Positions 7,044-17,600 of a stretch of DNA of 32,000 nucleotides are shown piece by piece. The stretch comes from Candidatus Iainarchaeum sp. Its GTDB lineage: Archaea; Iainarchaeota; Iainarchaeia; Iainarchaeales; CSSED10-239. The stretch's first letter is position 1, and each line of letters opens with the position of its first letter. Where the stretch lies: the NCBI GenBank assembly GCA_003559395.1, contig PWLL01000008.1, forward strand, positions 292 to 32,291. The letters are read 5' to 3'. The notes under the pieces are model-generated. The model saw only the letters and a list, made by a program, of their open reading frames with translations, was not told the DNA's origin and searched no databases. The position numbers were made by a program, and so were the translations under genes.

Positions 7044-7072
7044 ATTATAGTATAAAAACACTATGAAGTCAA
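7044..7072 (-). promoter_or_regulatory. Sigma-70/sigma-A type early promoter
   Basis: The minus strand reads TTGACT (7072-7067), an exact 17-nt spacer, then TATAAT (7049-7044). It is preceded by an A-run and lies about 20 nt upstream of the SD of the XRE gene. Confidence 0.65.
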
Positions 7073-7147
7073 GGCTTTTTTTAACTAAATTAAATAATAT
7101 ATGGTTTAGATCATGGTTTGTGTTAATCAGGATCGTATCATATGCTC

Positions 7148-7209
7148 CTAAAAGACAAAAGACAACCCCAAAAAACAAAAGATAACCCTAAAAGTCAAAC
7201 AAAAAAACC
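7148..7209. repeat. Three tandem 20-21-bp imperfect A-rich repeats (iteron-like)
   Basis: CTAAAAGACAAAAGACAACCC / CAAAAAACAAAAGATAACCC / TAAAAGTCAAACAAAAAAACC. On the minus strand the core is GGGTT(A/G)TCTTTTG. The array sits between the late terminator and the early promoter. Confidence 0.35.
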
Positions 7210-7230
7210 GCCAGTCATATAAACTGGCGG
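7201..7230 (-). terminator. Rho-independent terminator ending the late/lysis operon
   Basis: The minus strand reads CCGCCAGT-TTATATG-ACTGGCGG (perfect 8-bp stem) followed by TTTTTTTGTTTG. It lies about 120 nt downstream of the endolysin stop. Confidence 0.75.
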
Positions 7231-7349
7231 CCACAAATCAAAATATCCATTCTAAGGGGTCTGACAGACGATTTAAGAAGTGTTGGTATGATATACCAGG
7301 CCCCTACTATAAAACTGCGATATTACCCCGGTTTTGTGGGCCGGTTTTA

Positions 7350-8156
7350 TCACTTTTTGAATCTGCCGGTGATATTCTTAAATGTTACCCACAACTCCAT
7401 TATTTTTTCAATAGAATTCATTAAAACGTCTTTTTTTACTGGTATCGGGATAAAGTTTTCAAGAAGTTTATAGGCAACTCCTGCCATACCGAGTACCAGA
7501 TTCCGTTTCGCTTCTCCGCCACCTTCTTCTGGACCTGCTTGTTCTGCTAACTCAACCCATTTCTCTATTTTATCAGACAATTTTCTGACGCCATCTAGTA
7601 TAGAAGGAAGAGAAGTGAGGATTTGGGTAATCTGGGTAACCTTAGCTAACATGTTTATGTCCTCCTTGTTTTCTTGTATGGGTTCCGGCGCAAGGTCTAA
7701 CAGATTGCGTTCGGTCATAATACTTACCAGTTTTCTTGCATACTCAGGATCGGTTGCATATCCTGCTCTCTGTAGTTCCTCTGCAAACTCCACCGGATCG
7801 GATATCTCCCAGAGTTTACTGTATCTCTTGTTTCTTTTCAAAAACCGTTTATGATCCTCAATACTTTCCTGATAGTTGTTATATTTACGAAATCGTTCAT
7901 CTTTTACCAGAACTCTTTCGCCATTTATATATTCGTGGGTATCAATTACCACATACTCGTGCTCAGAACTGTTATGCCATTTGATACCGAAAAGGTTATG
8001 ACTATACTCACCTGTATATTTATCCGTAGGAACATATCGACCCCATCCGGTCTCAAGGGCCGCCTTTGCAATAATCACCGCCGCAGGAATTCCGTGCTCA
8101 CTTTGGATATCAAGAGCAGGTTTTTTCACCCTTTTTATAAAATTGTTAGCGACCAA
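7350..8156 (-). CDS. Endolysin: N-acetylglucosaminidase (FlgJ/LytD-type glucosaminidase domain) with an unassigned C-terminal 100 aa
   Basis: IPAAVIIAKAALETGWGRYV ... HNLFGIK ... FRKYNNYQESIEDHKRFL ... LQRAGYATDPEYARKLVSIM reproduces the hallmark blocks of the mannosyl-glycoprotein endo-beta-N-acetylglucosaminidase domain. Confidence 0.85.
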   Translation of the reverse strand: MVANNFIKRVKKPALDIQSEHGIPAAVIIAKAALETGWGRYVPTDKYTGEYSHNLFGIKWHNSSEHEYVVIDTHEYINGERVLVKDERFRKYNNYQESIEDHKRFLKRNKRYSKLWEISDPVEFAEELQRAGYATDPEYARKLVSIMTERNLLDLAPEPIQENKEDINMLAKVTQITQILTSLPSILDGVRKLSDKIEKWVELAEQAGPEEGGGEAKRNLVLGMAGVAYKLLENFIPIPVKKDVLMNSIEKIMELWVTFKNITGRFKK

Positions 8157-8171
8157 TAAACAAACCCTCCT

Positions 8172-8588
8172 TTAACGCAGATTACTAATTACCAATTGTA
8201 TGATCCCCAGAACAACCATGCACGCCGACAATCCTATTCCCAACCATTTAGCGAGTTCTTTTTTGATTTCTTTTTCCATTTCGTTCATGTTTTTTATTGT
8301 ATTGGCCTCTCTTTCCATCATAGTTGTATATATTTCTTTGAAACCTTTCTCCACCTTTTCCTTCAATCGATCATGAGCCGCCCAGGTAGAAAGTTTTTCT
8401 TTTTGTAGCGCCGACTTATGTAGCCCCGCTTTTATTTCTTTAATATCCGTTCTCATTTCTGCAATTATCTCGTCCAACAATTCGCGTCTTGTTTCGTCTT
8501 TTGCTCTCCATTCTGAAATTGTTCTGATTATGCCATCCATTTGTTCTACAGTATTTTTTAGTTTGTTGTGTTCTGGACAGCGCTCCAA
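8172..8588 (-). CDS. Holin-like lysis protein: coiled-coil N-terminus with a single C-terminal TM helix (XhlA-like topology)
   Basis: 138 aa. Charged helical N-terminal region, then WLGIGLSACMVVLGIIQLVISNL at the extreme C-terminus. Lies immediately upstream of the endolysin. TTG start 6 nt after GGGGAGGG. Confidence 0.45.
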   Translation of the reverse strand: MERCPEHNKLKNTVEQMDGIIRTISEWRAKDETRRELLDEIIAEMRTDIKEIKAGLHKSALQKEKLSTWAAHDRLKEKVEKGFKEIYTTMMEREANTIKNMNEMEKEIKKELAKWLGIGLSACMVVLGIIQLVISNLR

Positions 8589-8610
8589 TCATAACCCTCC
8601 CCAAGCATAA

Positions 8611-8657
8611 ACACTCCTGGGCTCCGGTTGGATCTGGTTATCGGAGCCCAGGAGTGT
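8611..8657 (-). terminator. Perfect 16-bp stem-loop between the giant gene and the lysis cassette (attenuator or RNA-stability element)
   Basis: ACACTCCTGGGCTCCG (8611-8626) and CGGAGCCCAGGAGTGT (8642-8657) are exact reverse complements with a 15-nt loop. On the minus strand the hairpin is followed only by TTTATGCTT, a poor U-tract. Confidence 0.45.
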
Positions 8658-8659
8658 CT

Positions 8660-11600
8660 CTATTCTGCAAAAAGCATCAATGCTCTTTGCACCGATTCAT
8701 CAGTAACGTAAGGTCGAGCCTCGCCGCTTCTTTGCGCTCCGGTAGCATCTACTCCGAGTTGTATCAGTATATTAGCATAGTGTTCCGCTTCTTCCCGGTC
8801 GCCGCGATCTACCGCGTTCCACAGATTCCCGTAATATTCAGTACGCAGTTTAGATACCGCCTGTTTTTCCTGTTCGGCAGGATCCAGGCCATTAAGTACA
8901 GCAGCTTCATCTAACTGTTGTTTGAGACGTAACAGCTGACTGCCTGGTGCTATCTGCTGGTATGTTCTCTGCCACCAGCTCGGGTCTACCCTGGCGCGCC
9001 AGAGGTCCTCATATCCCTTCTGGGCCTGCCACCAACCCATCCCACGACGCATAGGCATTGTAAAAGCAAAGTTATTACCACGCAGGGAGAAGGGTACGAA
9101 CTTCTCGTAGACCGCCCTTACTCTTTCGTCCATCTCCTGGTAGAAAGGCATATCTCCTTCTCGCCAGGGCATAGGCCAACCGCCCGGTCCGGCTTGAGTT
9201 CCGGTCGTTTGTTCTAAGGCAGTTCTTACTACCGGACTAAACTTTGAACCAAACAGGTATGTTATAGGATCATCGAAATACCGTAGTATCTCTCTGGCCT
9301 GTTTACCTGGAGCTGCGTAGTACCTTCGTTCATCATCGGGATCGTAAGTACCAATAATCTTTCGCGCAGCATGGATTATTGGTGTAACGTCTATATCTGT
9401 TCTTCTTCCAGGTTCATTCTCCCAGGCCCAGCGTCCGGTTAGTGCTCTGTTGGCGATATTAATTGCTGCTAACATACTGATCAACATTGATATCCAGTAT
9501 CGGGCACCAAATTTGCGCACAACAGGGTCCTTGTTCTTTTTAAATGGAAGGTTCTCATATAGCGTTCTACCGAAGATCCGCATATTAGTATAGGTATAAT
9601 CAGGAGATAGCCACAATAATTTCATTGCCTGTCTTACTCGCGGGGTAGCCCAGAAATGAGATTCCCATTCCTGACCGCCGAAAGCATCGTTTACCATCCT
9701 TGCCACTTCTTCTTTTATCTCTCGTATTTTCTGTGGCGAAGCATCTTTAGCGTTCACTTTCTGATCAGAAAGTGCTTCTTTAGCCCATTCGTAATAGGTG
9801 ATAGCTTTAAGACCAGCATAATATTCATTCCACAGCTTTCTATCATACCACTCATTAGCCTGCCGCATTTTACGCACCAGACTTCCGGCACCAGGAATTT
9901 TTCTGGTGTGAGCTTCTAATTTTCGCAGGTCCTGGTTTATGCGGCGCATATGAGCATCAGGTATGGGATCGAATACTACACCGTGCATTATAGCATCCCT
10001 GAGTGCTTCCGGGGATCCACTTATCAGGTCTAATCCCAGTTGATGGGTCCTGCGAATAACAGCAGACTCATCAACTTCTTTAACCTCTTCTCCTACTGTA
10101 AAGAATCCGCGTAGGGGTTGAGTTATTTTTGCCAATGCGGCCTGCGCACTCTCGGTAAGATTCCAGAAGTGAAAACCGCTCAACTTTAAAGACAGACCTT
10201 TTGCATACGCGTTGAAAGCCTCTATAATCTGTAGCGGTTTCCAATGGAAAGGCTGTTCAAAGACCTGTTTGGTAATTTTATATGCCTCCGGGTCAACCGC
10301 AGCCTTACCTTCCCATAGTATTGTAGTGCCGTCTCTGGCCTGTCTCGCGTAGTATTTATTTATAGCCGGATGATCAACAAGCGGCCAGTGTGGAGGAGCC
10401 TGATTACTCTTTTGAATTATCGGTTCGCCTTCATCATTAGCGATTTTAGTTAATTCGTGGACGAAGGCCCTGTTAAGCGCACCCTTCCAGTTCAGTTCGT
10501 GCCAGAGATAGTGCAGTTCTGCTATGTTCTGGGTGCGCGGAACCAAACCTGCCTCCACAGCATCTTCCAGTGTAGGGATGGTTCTCTGCATAGCACTCGG
10601 AACGCGTTTAGTCCATCTGTAAGCAAACTCTTTAATTCGCTTAGGTTTGTTCTCATAAAAGTGCAGCAGATAATCTTCAAGGTATGTTACATACTCTTCA
10701 TCACCAACAACCTCACGCATAAAACGGTTCAGGTCCTGTCTTGCTTTTTCCTGAAAGTACCTATACTCCGCTAATGCCTGCCGCATTTCAGGGGTAAGTT
10801 CTTCTTGTATTTCTTCAGCGGTTTTGCCAGTCCTGATATTTTTAACTTCTTCAACGGCAGCACCCATATCCTCAAGCTGTTCTTCGGTAAACCGTGCTGA
10901 CCAATCTATCTTCCTATAGCCAGCCTCGATCTGCCGTAACCTGAACAACCTAGACCAAGATTTAATGATCGTTTTTACATTATCCTTATAATCATCAGTT
11001 AGATACTCGCTGGGGAGCAAACGCTCAACTTCCTCAATAGGCCGTATCGCAGAAACATCTATCTTCCTTTTCATTTCATGCCGTTTCTGAATGATGTCCT
11101 GTATCTTCTGATGTAAGTCAGGGTTCTGCCTGATCTGCATGTCGAGGCCCTGCGCTACATCTGGTGCTAAATTGCGAGCCATTTCAGTGTTGAGGAGATA
11201 CATTGTATAGAAGTCGGCCATTAATTCGGTATGTTTGTTCCGGTATCTGTCCAGTTCGCCCTCTTCCGGCGGTCTTACCTGTTTAGCAACCGCCTTTAAC
11301 TGTTCCCTTAACTCCATCTCTCCAACTTCAAGATCCGGGAACCGTTCTTTAATGCTGGAAGGATATTGGTTGTTATTTATCCTGTAATCAATTACATGAG
11401 CTACTTCATGGCCGAGAGTTTCAAGGTTAGTAACATCTCTGGTCTCAATACGCTCGTCACCACCAATATCAGTGAACCGTGCAGCTGCCTTAGTCCGAAG
11501 TCCAGTGTACCTCGCTGGAGCCGCAAGTTCTGCGGCCAAAGAAAAGACCTCGACCATGAATTCATCAGGTACGGGGTCAATGTCCAGCCGTTCTTCTATG

Positions 11601-14600
11601 CGGTACATCTCTTCTATCGGCTCGGAATCGGGTGGAAGCATCTTAACTATATTCAAATTATGTTTGGTTAAGTCTTGAAGTGTCGGGAGTGCTCTTTCTC
11701 CTACCGGAACGAAGTATCTAGTATTGTACTGGATAATTTCACTGATTAACCCTGCGTCAAGAAGTTGCTGGCGGTTAGTTGTGAGATCCGGTCCAGCATC
11801 CTTCTTGAGTTCTATACGATAATCACCGGAGACAGTGCTTCTTTGTAATATCCAACTATTATCAAGCATAGCTTTCCAATTCTTATCAACAATTCTACTT
11901 GGTACTGTGCTAATATCGATCTCCTCTAAATCACGACTAGCACCGAGACGTTCAAGGACATTATCGATCTCTTTCTCACTTATAACTCTGCCGAGGATGG
12001 TTTCTCCCTCTTCGGTGAGAGCACGTTTAACTTCGATCTTGCTTGTAGGTAGTTTATCCCAGATATCAAGCAGGGCTCCGGTTATCATGTGAACTGTCTC
12101 TTCTTCATACTCTGGTAGTTCAGCAACCTGTTCATCCCAAAGCTGACGCGCAACATCTTCTGCTGTCATATCAGGATCTGCTGGTTCTTTAATGGTGTTT
12201 TCATCTTCGTAGCGGGGGGAGAGGCCGGCTCTATCAATCCCCTTATTTATTGCCTCTTTTGTTTTCTCGATACCCAGACGCCTAACAGTATTCCTGGCAT
12301 CTTCTATTGCTCGTAGTTCGTTGCTGCCATCTCCCAACTTAGCCCCTGATTTTCCTTCGGTAACTATATACGCCATCTGACCGGAACGGCCTGGATGAAC
12401 GAAGGCGTCTATATCCTCAAATCCTTCAATCTCTACCTCTTTGCCATCCACGGCGACAAACTCTTTTCCATCATGTACGAAGTATACATCTTCTTCTACC
12501 GTTATTATCTCCCAGGTGCTCTCGCGAAACTGGTCTTTTTCAAGAGGTCTCCCTCGTCCGGGCCTCTGGTCGATTAAGCGTACCATCTCAACCACTTCAC
12601 CAGACTTCTTGGTACGGGTGCCTGCTTCTACCGCAAGAACAATGTTTTTAGATCGTTGGTTTTGGAAGTAACCTATATGTCGTTCAAGAAAGGCGGGGCC
12701 TCCGTCTCGGAAGTCTGCACGAGTATGGTCGAATGTTATGGGATATACCTTATTCTTGACATTGAGCTTAATGTACCGAGTATCAGCAGCATCGTCTCTC
12801 TCTACTACGGATCGATCTTCGACAGCCTCGGTAATATCTGCGTGTAGGTTTTCAGTGCCCTTGTCTACTTCTCCGGCCTCTTCTGCTCGCCCATAGACCT
12901 CATTATGTTCTACCTCGAAGGCTTCAAAGACCTGGTTCTGTAAGTGTGGCTCTAACCCTAATATTCTGTTAAGGAATTTCTTGGTATCTCTCAGCTCATC
13001 AGTATCTTTAAGGTTGCCTTCATCTGTAAGAATGTCGTCTTTTATGCCCATTCTTTCTGATATAGTAGATAACCCTTCGTCAATAAACTCATACTCATCA
13101 TTGGAAAGGTTAATATACATTTGCATCAGAGCATCTCTCGCAAAAGGACTGCTCAGATCGTCCTCATTATGGAACAATCCAGAACTCTCAGCCCCACGCT
13201 CCCCGCGCGATAGTGCCCCAAACTCATTAAGACGTTGAGCAACGGTTGAGAGGAACCGTTTTTCACCTTTGAGGTTAGTAGTAACCAAAATGTATTCCGG
13301 AGGTTGTTTTTGGAATGAACGGTGAGTCCGTCCAAACCCCTGGAATACCTCTTTAACGTCCCAGCTTGGCTCTAAGAGATAATGTCTTCTTAATCTTTGG
13401 TTCTTGAAATTTAAACCCGCATGATAGTCAACACCGGTATTGCCGATCTTGCTGAACAGCAGTATATGCTTTTCGTCGTCAAGAAAACGCCTAACCTCTT
13501 CCTGGACATACCCTGTTCCTCTGGTGTCTATATATTTGTTACCTTCCTCATCCTCCAAGACGCGTTCTTTGCGTCCTGTTATTTCAGAGACTCTATCTTT
13601 ACCAAAAGAGTCTACCAACATATCAATCGGTGACTTAGGAAGCCTTACACCGCCCAGGTGAGCAAGCAATTCGTTCTTTAAGCGTACTGCTTCAGGGTCT
13701 TTCACCGTATTGCCTTCGCTATCACGAACGGGTGTCCATACCGTTCTTGTCTTTCCGTCCTCTGTGGTAATTTTTACGGGTTCGTATTTCGTTGTCGGAA
13801 AGGCGCGTTCTACATAATCCATAATCATACTGGTTGGAGATACGTTAAAGTCCTGCAAAGACATATCAGGATCAGTACGGATACGCTGTAACTCTCTGCC
13901 CATAGAGGCTTCTCCTGTTTTATCTACCTGGATAACCGGAGCGTAACCCTGTTCTAAATCTTTCTCAATGCTCTCTATGAGAGTTGGCATTTTCATGGCT
14001 GTAAGCAGATCGCTCCAAAATCGCTGGTAAGTACCGTAAAACTGTGATTTTGCGGCCCTTTTTGCCTGGGGTGATTCCCCCGCCCCTGTTGATTCCATAG
14101 CCGCGGACATGTTTTGAAAGAGGATCTGCCACGCTTCAGCAGCCACGTTATACTGCTGTATTTGTTCTTCTGTCAGCCGGTGTTCTGTGTGGTCATATTC
14201 AATTCCTTCGTAGCTGATCTGTCGAGAAAGGTAAGCACCTTTTTGTTTGGAGTCGCGGGCAATAAGCTCCATACCGCCTAACCCGCTTGCGGATATCTGT
14301 TCAACGAAATCCTCCATGCTGGCAAAAGGTGTTCCCTCGCCCCACAGGCCAAGGCGTTCAGCATAGGCAAGCGTTTCTGGGTCGTCAAATGCTGTAGCTG
14401 ACGAATACTCTATTCGTGCTTCCGGGAAGGCCTCTTGTAATCGCAGACCGGCCATGGCCTGTAGGCTAGGTTCTTTCTCAATTCCAGAAGCGTTCTGCAT
14501 CTTATGTGATTCGTCAAAGACAATTACCCCGTCGAAATCATCGTCAAGCCATTCCATAAGCTGTTCTAAACGTGTTTGTTCCCCTTCGGGCACAATCCTT

Positions 14601-17600
14601 CGTGTTCCATATCCATCACCGGCTGGCTCAACACTATATCCTCCGCGTATCATTGAATATGTTGTATAGAATATGCCATGATCAGGGTCCAGTTCATCGT
14701 TTTTGCTATAATCATTCTGGGCATAAAGTATATCTTCTGACATATGTTCAGGATCGTGCTGGCCAACATCGCGTATATCCCTTTTGGCGGCCTCGTGCAT
14801 ATCACCCCAACTGGCACTAATCCATACCGCTTTATCTCGACCCTGGCGGAGATTATCCAGTATTATAGCTGCTATAGTACGCCCCTTACCGGTACCTGTG
14901 CCATCACCGATCATGTGTCCCTGCCTCACCCCAGAGGGGAGCATTTTCTGGTGAGATTGACCGGCATACACCACGGCTTCTAGCTGTGATTCGCTTATAT
15001 CACCGGATTCTATTAGTTCTTTTGGCAAGTCTGGAGCATAGGTTATGTCTGGCGGTTCTGAGTCTGCCATAGCAGCCGTTTCCGATATCTGCGCCGGATG
15101 TTCCTTTGCTCCCTCTACCTTCAGTTTGGATGGCTTATACTTGCCTGTAAAAATATTATCGCTTAGTTTTCCTCTTCTCTCGTCCTCTCGCTGCTCGACT
15201 CTGAGAGTGCTATCAGTTCGGTCAGGCTCGTTACCCGATTCGAGCTTATCAGGATCGCCAGGTCCTCTAACAGCCGGATGGCGGCTTCCCTTGGGTTTTG
15301 GTCTTGCATCATCCTGAGAAGGTCCCGTCGGTTCCCCAGGTCGAGGTGCTTCAACAGGAGGTTCAACCTCTGGGACGGGCTCATCAGGTCTAACATCTGG
15401 AACGTCTCGGACAGGTTCATCTCTCTCATCCCCAGGGCGAACGGCCACGTCGGGCCGGGTCTCAGGTTCATCCCGAGGTGGAGCAGGTTCACCAGGTACA
15501 GTTCGGATACCGGGTCGCTCTTCGGATGGTAATCTATCAGGTTCTTCTGGTACGCCTGGTTCAGGATCTGGAGGGCTAACTGGTTCTCTGGGATCAGGTT
15601 CAACTGATATATGTTTGCGATCTTCTTTCACTCCCCTCAACATGGGCACGGCCTGTCGTACATCTTTGACCTGCCCCGTTACTGGTGTTTCTGTAGTTGG
15701 ACCATCCTTATCAATAACGACAAGCTGAACACCAAAAGAAGTTCCGTATTTACGATACTCGCTGCCGTCTATCCCTATATTAGCCCTAACATTGTACCTT
15801 TCCTGTATATCCTCCCACCATTCTCTGTGCGCGGGTTTATCAAGTGCCATCCCTTCACCCAGGATAGCTACCAACCTGCCATCATCACGAAGGAGTTTAA
15901 GAGCTTCCTCCATATGGCTTCGAACATTACGGGTATCTCTAACGCCCTCTAATCTACCTGCAGTCGACGAAAACGGGGGGTTCATAACCACAAGGGAAGG
16001 CGGTTCTATTTTATCATGAAGTATTGCGTGTAAGTGCTCTGCATTTTCAGTATACACCGCATCGAATCCCATTTCACGCAATATATTAGCGCGGCGGTCG
16101 GATAATTCGTTGACCATAACCTGCTGGACTTGCATGCCCTTTGGGAAAACAGCCAGCCCGCCGATTCCTGCACTGGGTTCTAATACTATATCCTGCTTCA
16201 TTATAGAGGCTGCCCAGTTAGCCAGGTAAGCAATGTTCGGCGGAGTAGAGAACTGCTGGAACTCTACACCCTCACCGGTGCGTTTGGTTTGAGTAGGAAT
16301 CTTATCTAAAATATCTTCCTGGATTCGATTCAAGACTTTTACTGCATGGGTATAATCTATATTCCTGTGTGTTGGAAACCTGCCTGGGTGTGAAAGTATA
16401 TATTTATTAATACCTAGCTCCATAGCATCATAAGCGTCTTTAGGGGTATATACTCCTTCGGCCTGTGTTCCCTGGTAAGCGGTATCTGCTATAGCGAAAA
16501 GGTCACGCCAACTAAACGAACGGCCTTTTTCTAGCATATCATGAACACGACCAGCAATATCTGTTTCTGGTAAGCGAGCTTTTGCTTTAGTGGGGTCTGT
16601 TGTTGGTTCATCGTCAGGCTTAATACGCAAGTCCTCTATAGCTGGCCTGCCGGTAGCTTCTTGTGTGAGTACAAACCGCTGTGCATCTTCGAGTGAACGG
16701 TGGTGTCCTATAACCTGTAACGGTCTCTTGAAATCATCCCCTGGGGTTTCGGCACGCAACCGGAAAGGTGTATCTGCTATCTTAGTGTCAGTGGTATCTC
16801 TATCCCTTACATCAACTATACTCCAGGGGGTGCCTGGCAGAGTCCATATTTTGCCACCGAGAACAGGATCAGGAACCTCTGTCCATTCTTCTGTGTCGGC
16901 TGGTTCTTCTGGTTCGAAAGCATCCTTAAAGCGCTCTCTTAATTCTTCTAATTGCCGTTTTTCATCTAAACTAGCCACCCTATCCGCTCTCAGCTTTTCG
17001 TCAAGAGCTTCCATGATCATATCGGCTTGATCAAAAAGCCCCTGGCGAAGAAGTTGCTCGTTCAGTTCTTGCATACTGCCAATATTTAAAAGAGCATCTG
17101 TCTCTGGTACGTCTGCAAGTTGTGGATCTCTAGTTACATCTACACTCTGCATAATCCTCTCGTGTTCTGCTTCGCTATCTATACGAAGATCCTTAAACCG
17201 TTCAAATTCCTGCGGGGTAATGTGCTTTAAAACCTCTGTGCGGAATTCTTCCGGGTCCTGCATTTCGTACATGGCTGTTCCTTCAAGCAGATCGATTATT
17301 ACACTGGCATCACCATAAAGCCATATAAGTTTTTCGCCGGTCCACTTAATAGCTTCGTAATCATCTTCCAATACCTCTGATAGTACCCAGCGGTTAAGCG
17401 GAAGAGATACATCCGGTGCATGATCGCCAGTAAGCGGGAATTCCGTCATAACAGGTTTAGGACCGGGAACGATTTCAGATACAGACGCAACAGTGGGTTC
17501 CTCTTCTTCCACCGGAGCTTCTTCTACCATAGTCAACCTGCCAGGACTAACACTTTCAACCCTTTCAACAGGACGACCAGCAACCATCGATATCTGGTCA

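Noticed and set aside
7288-7473. 61-aa plus-strand ORF crossing the endolysin 3' end into the intergenic region
   Set aside because: It is antisense to the well-supported endolysin and has no SD. Its sequence is hydrophobic and low-complexity. The intergenic part is better explained by the palindromes and terminator described above.
15163-15603. 146-aa same-strand alternative-frame ORF, plus plus-strand ORFs 15045-15317 and 15278-15532, inside the giant gene
   Set aside because: All coincide with the Pro/Glu/Asp/Arg linker, whose GAACCTG-like reiteration depletes stop codons in several frames. None has an SD. The products are low-complexity. This is a compositional artefact.
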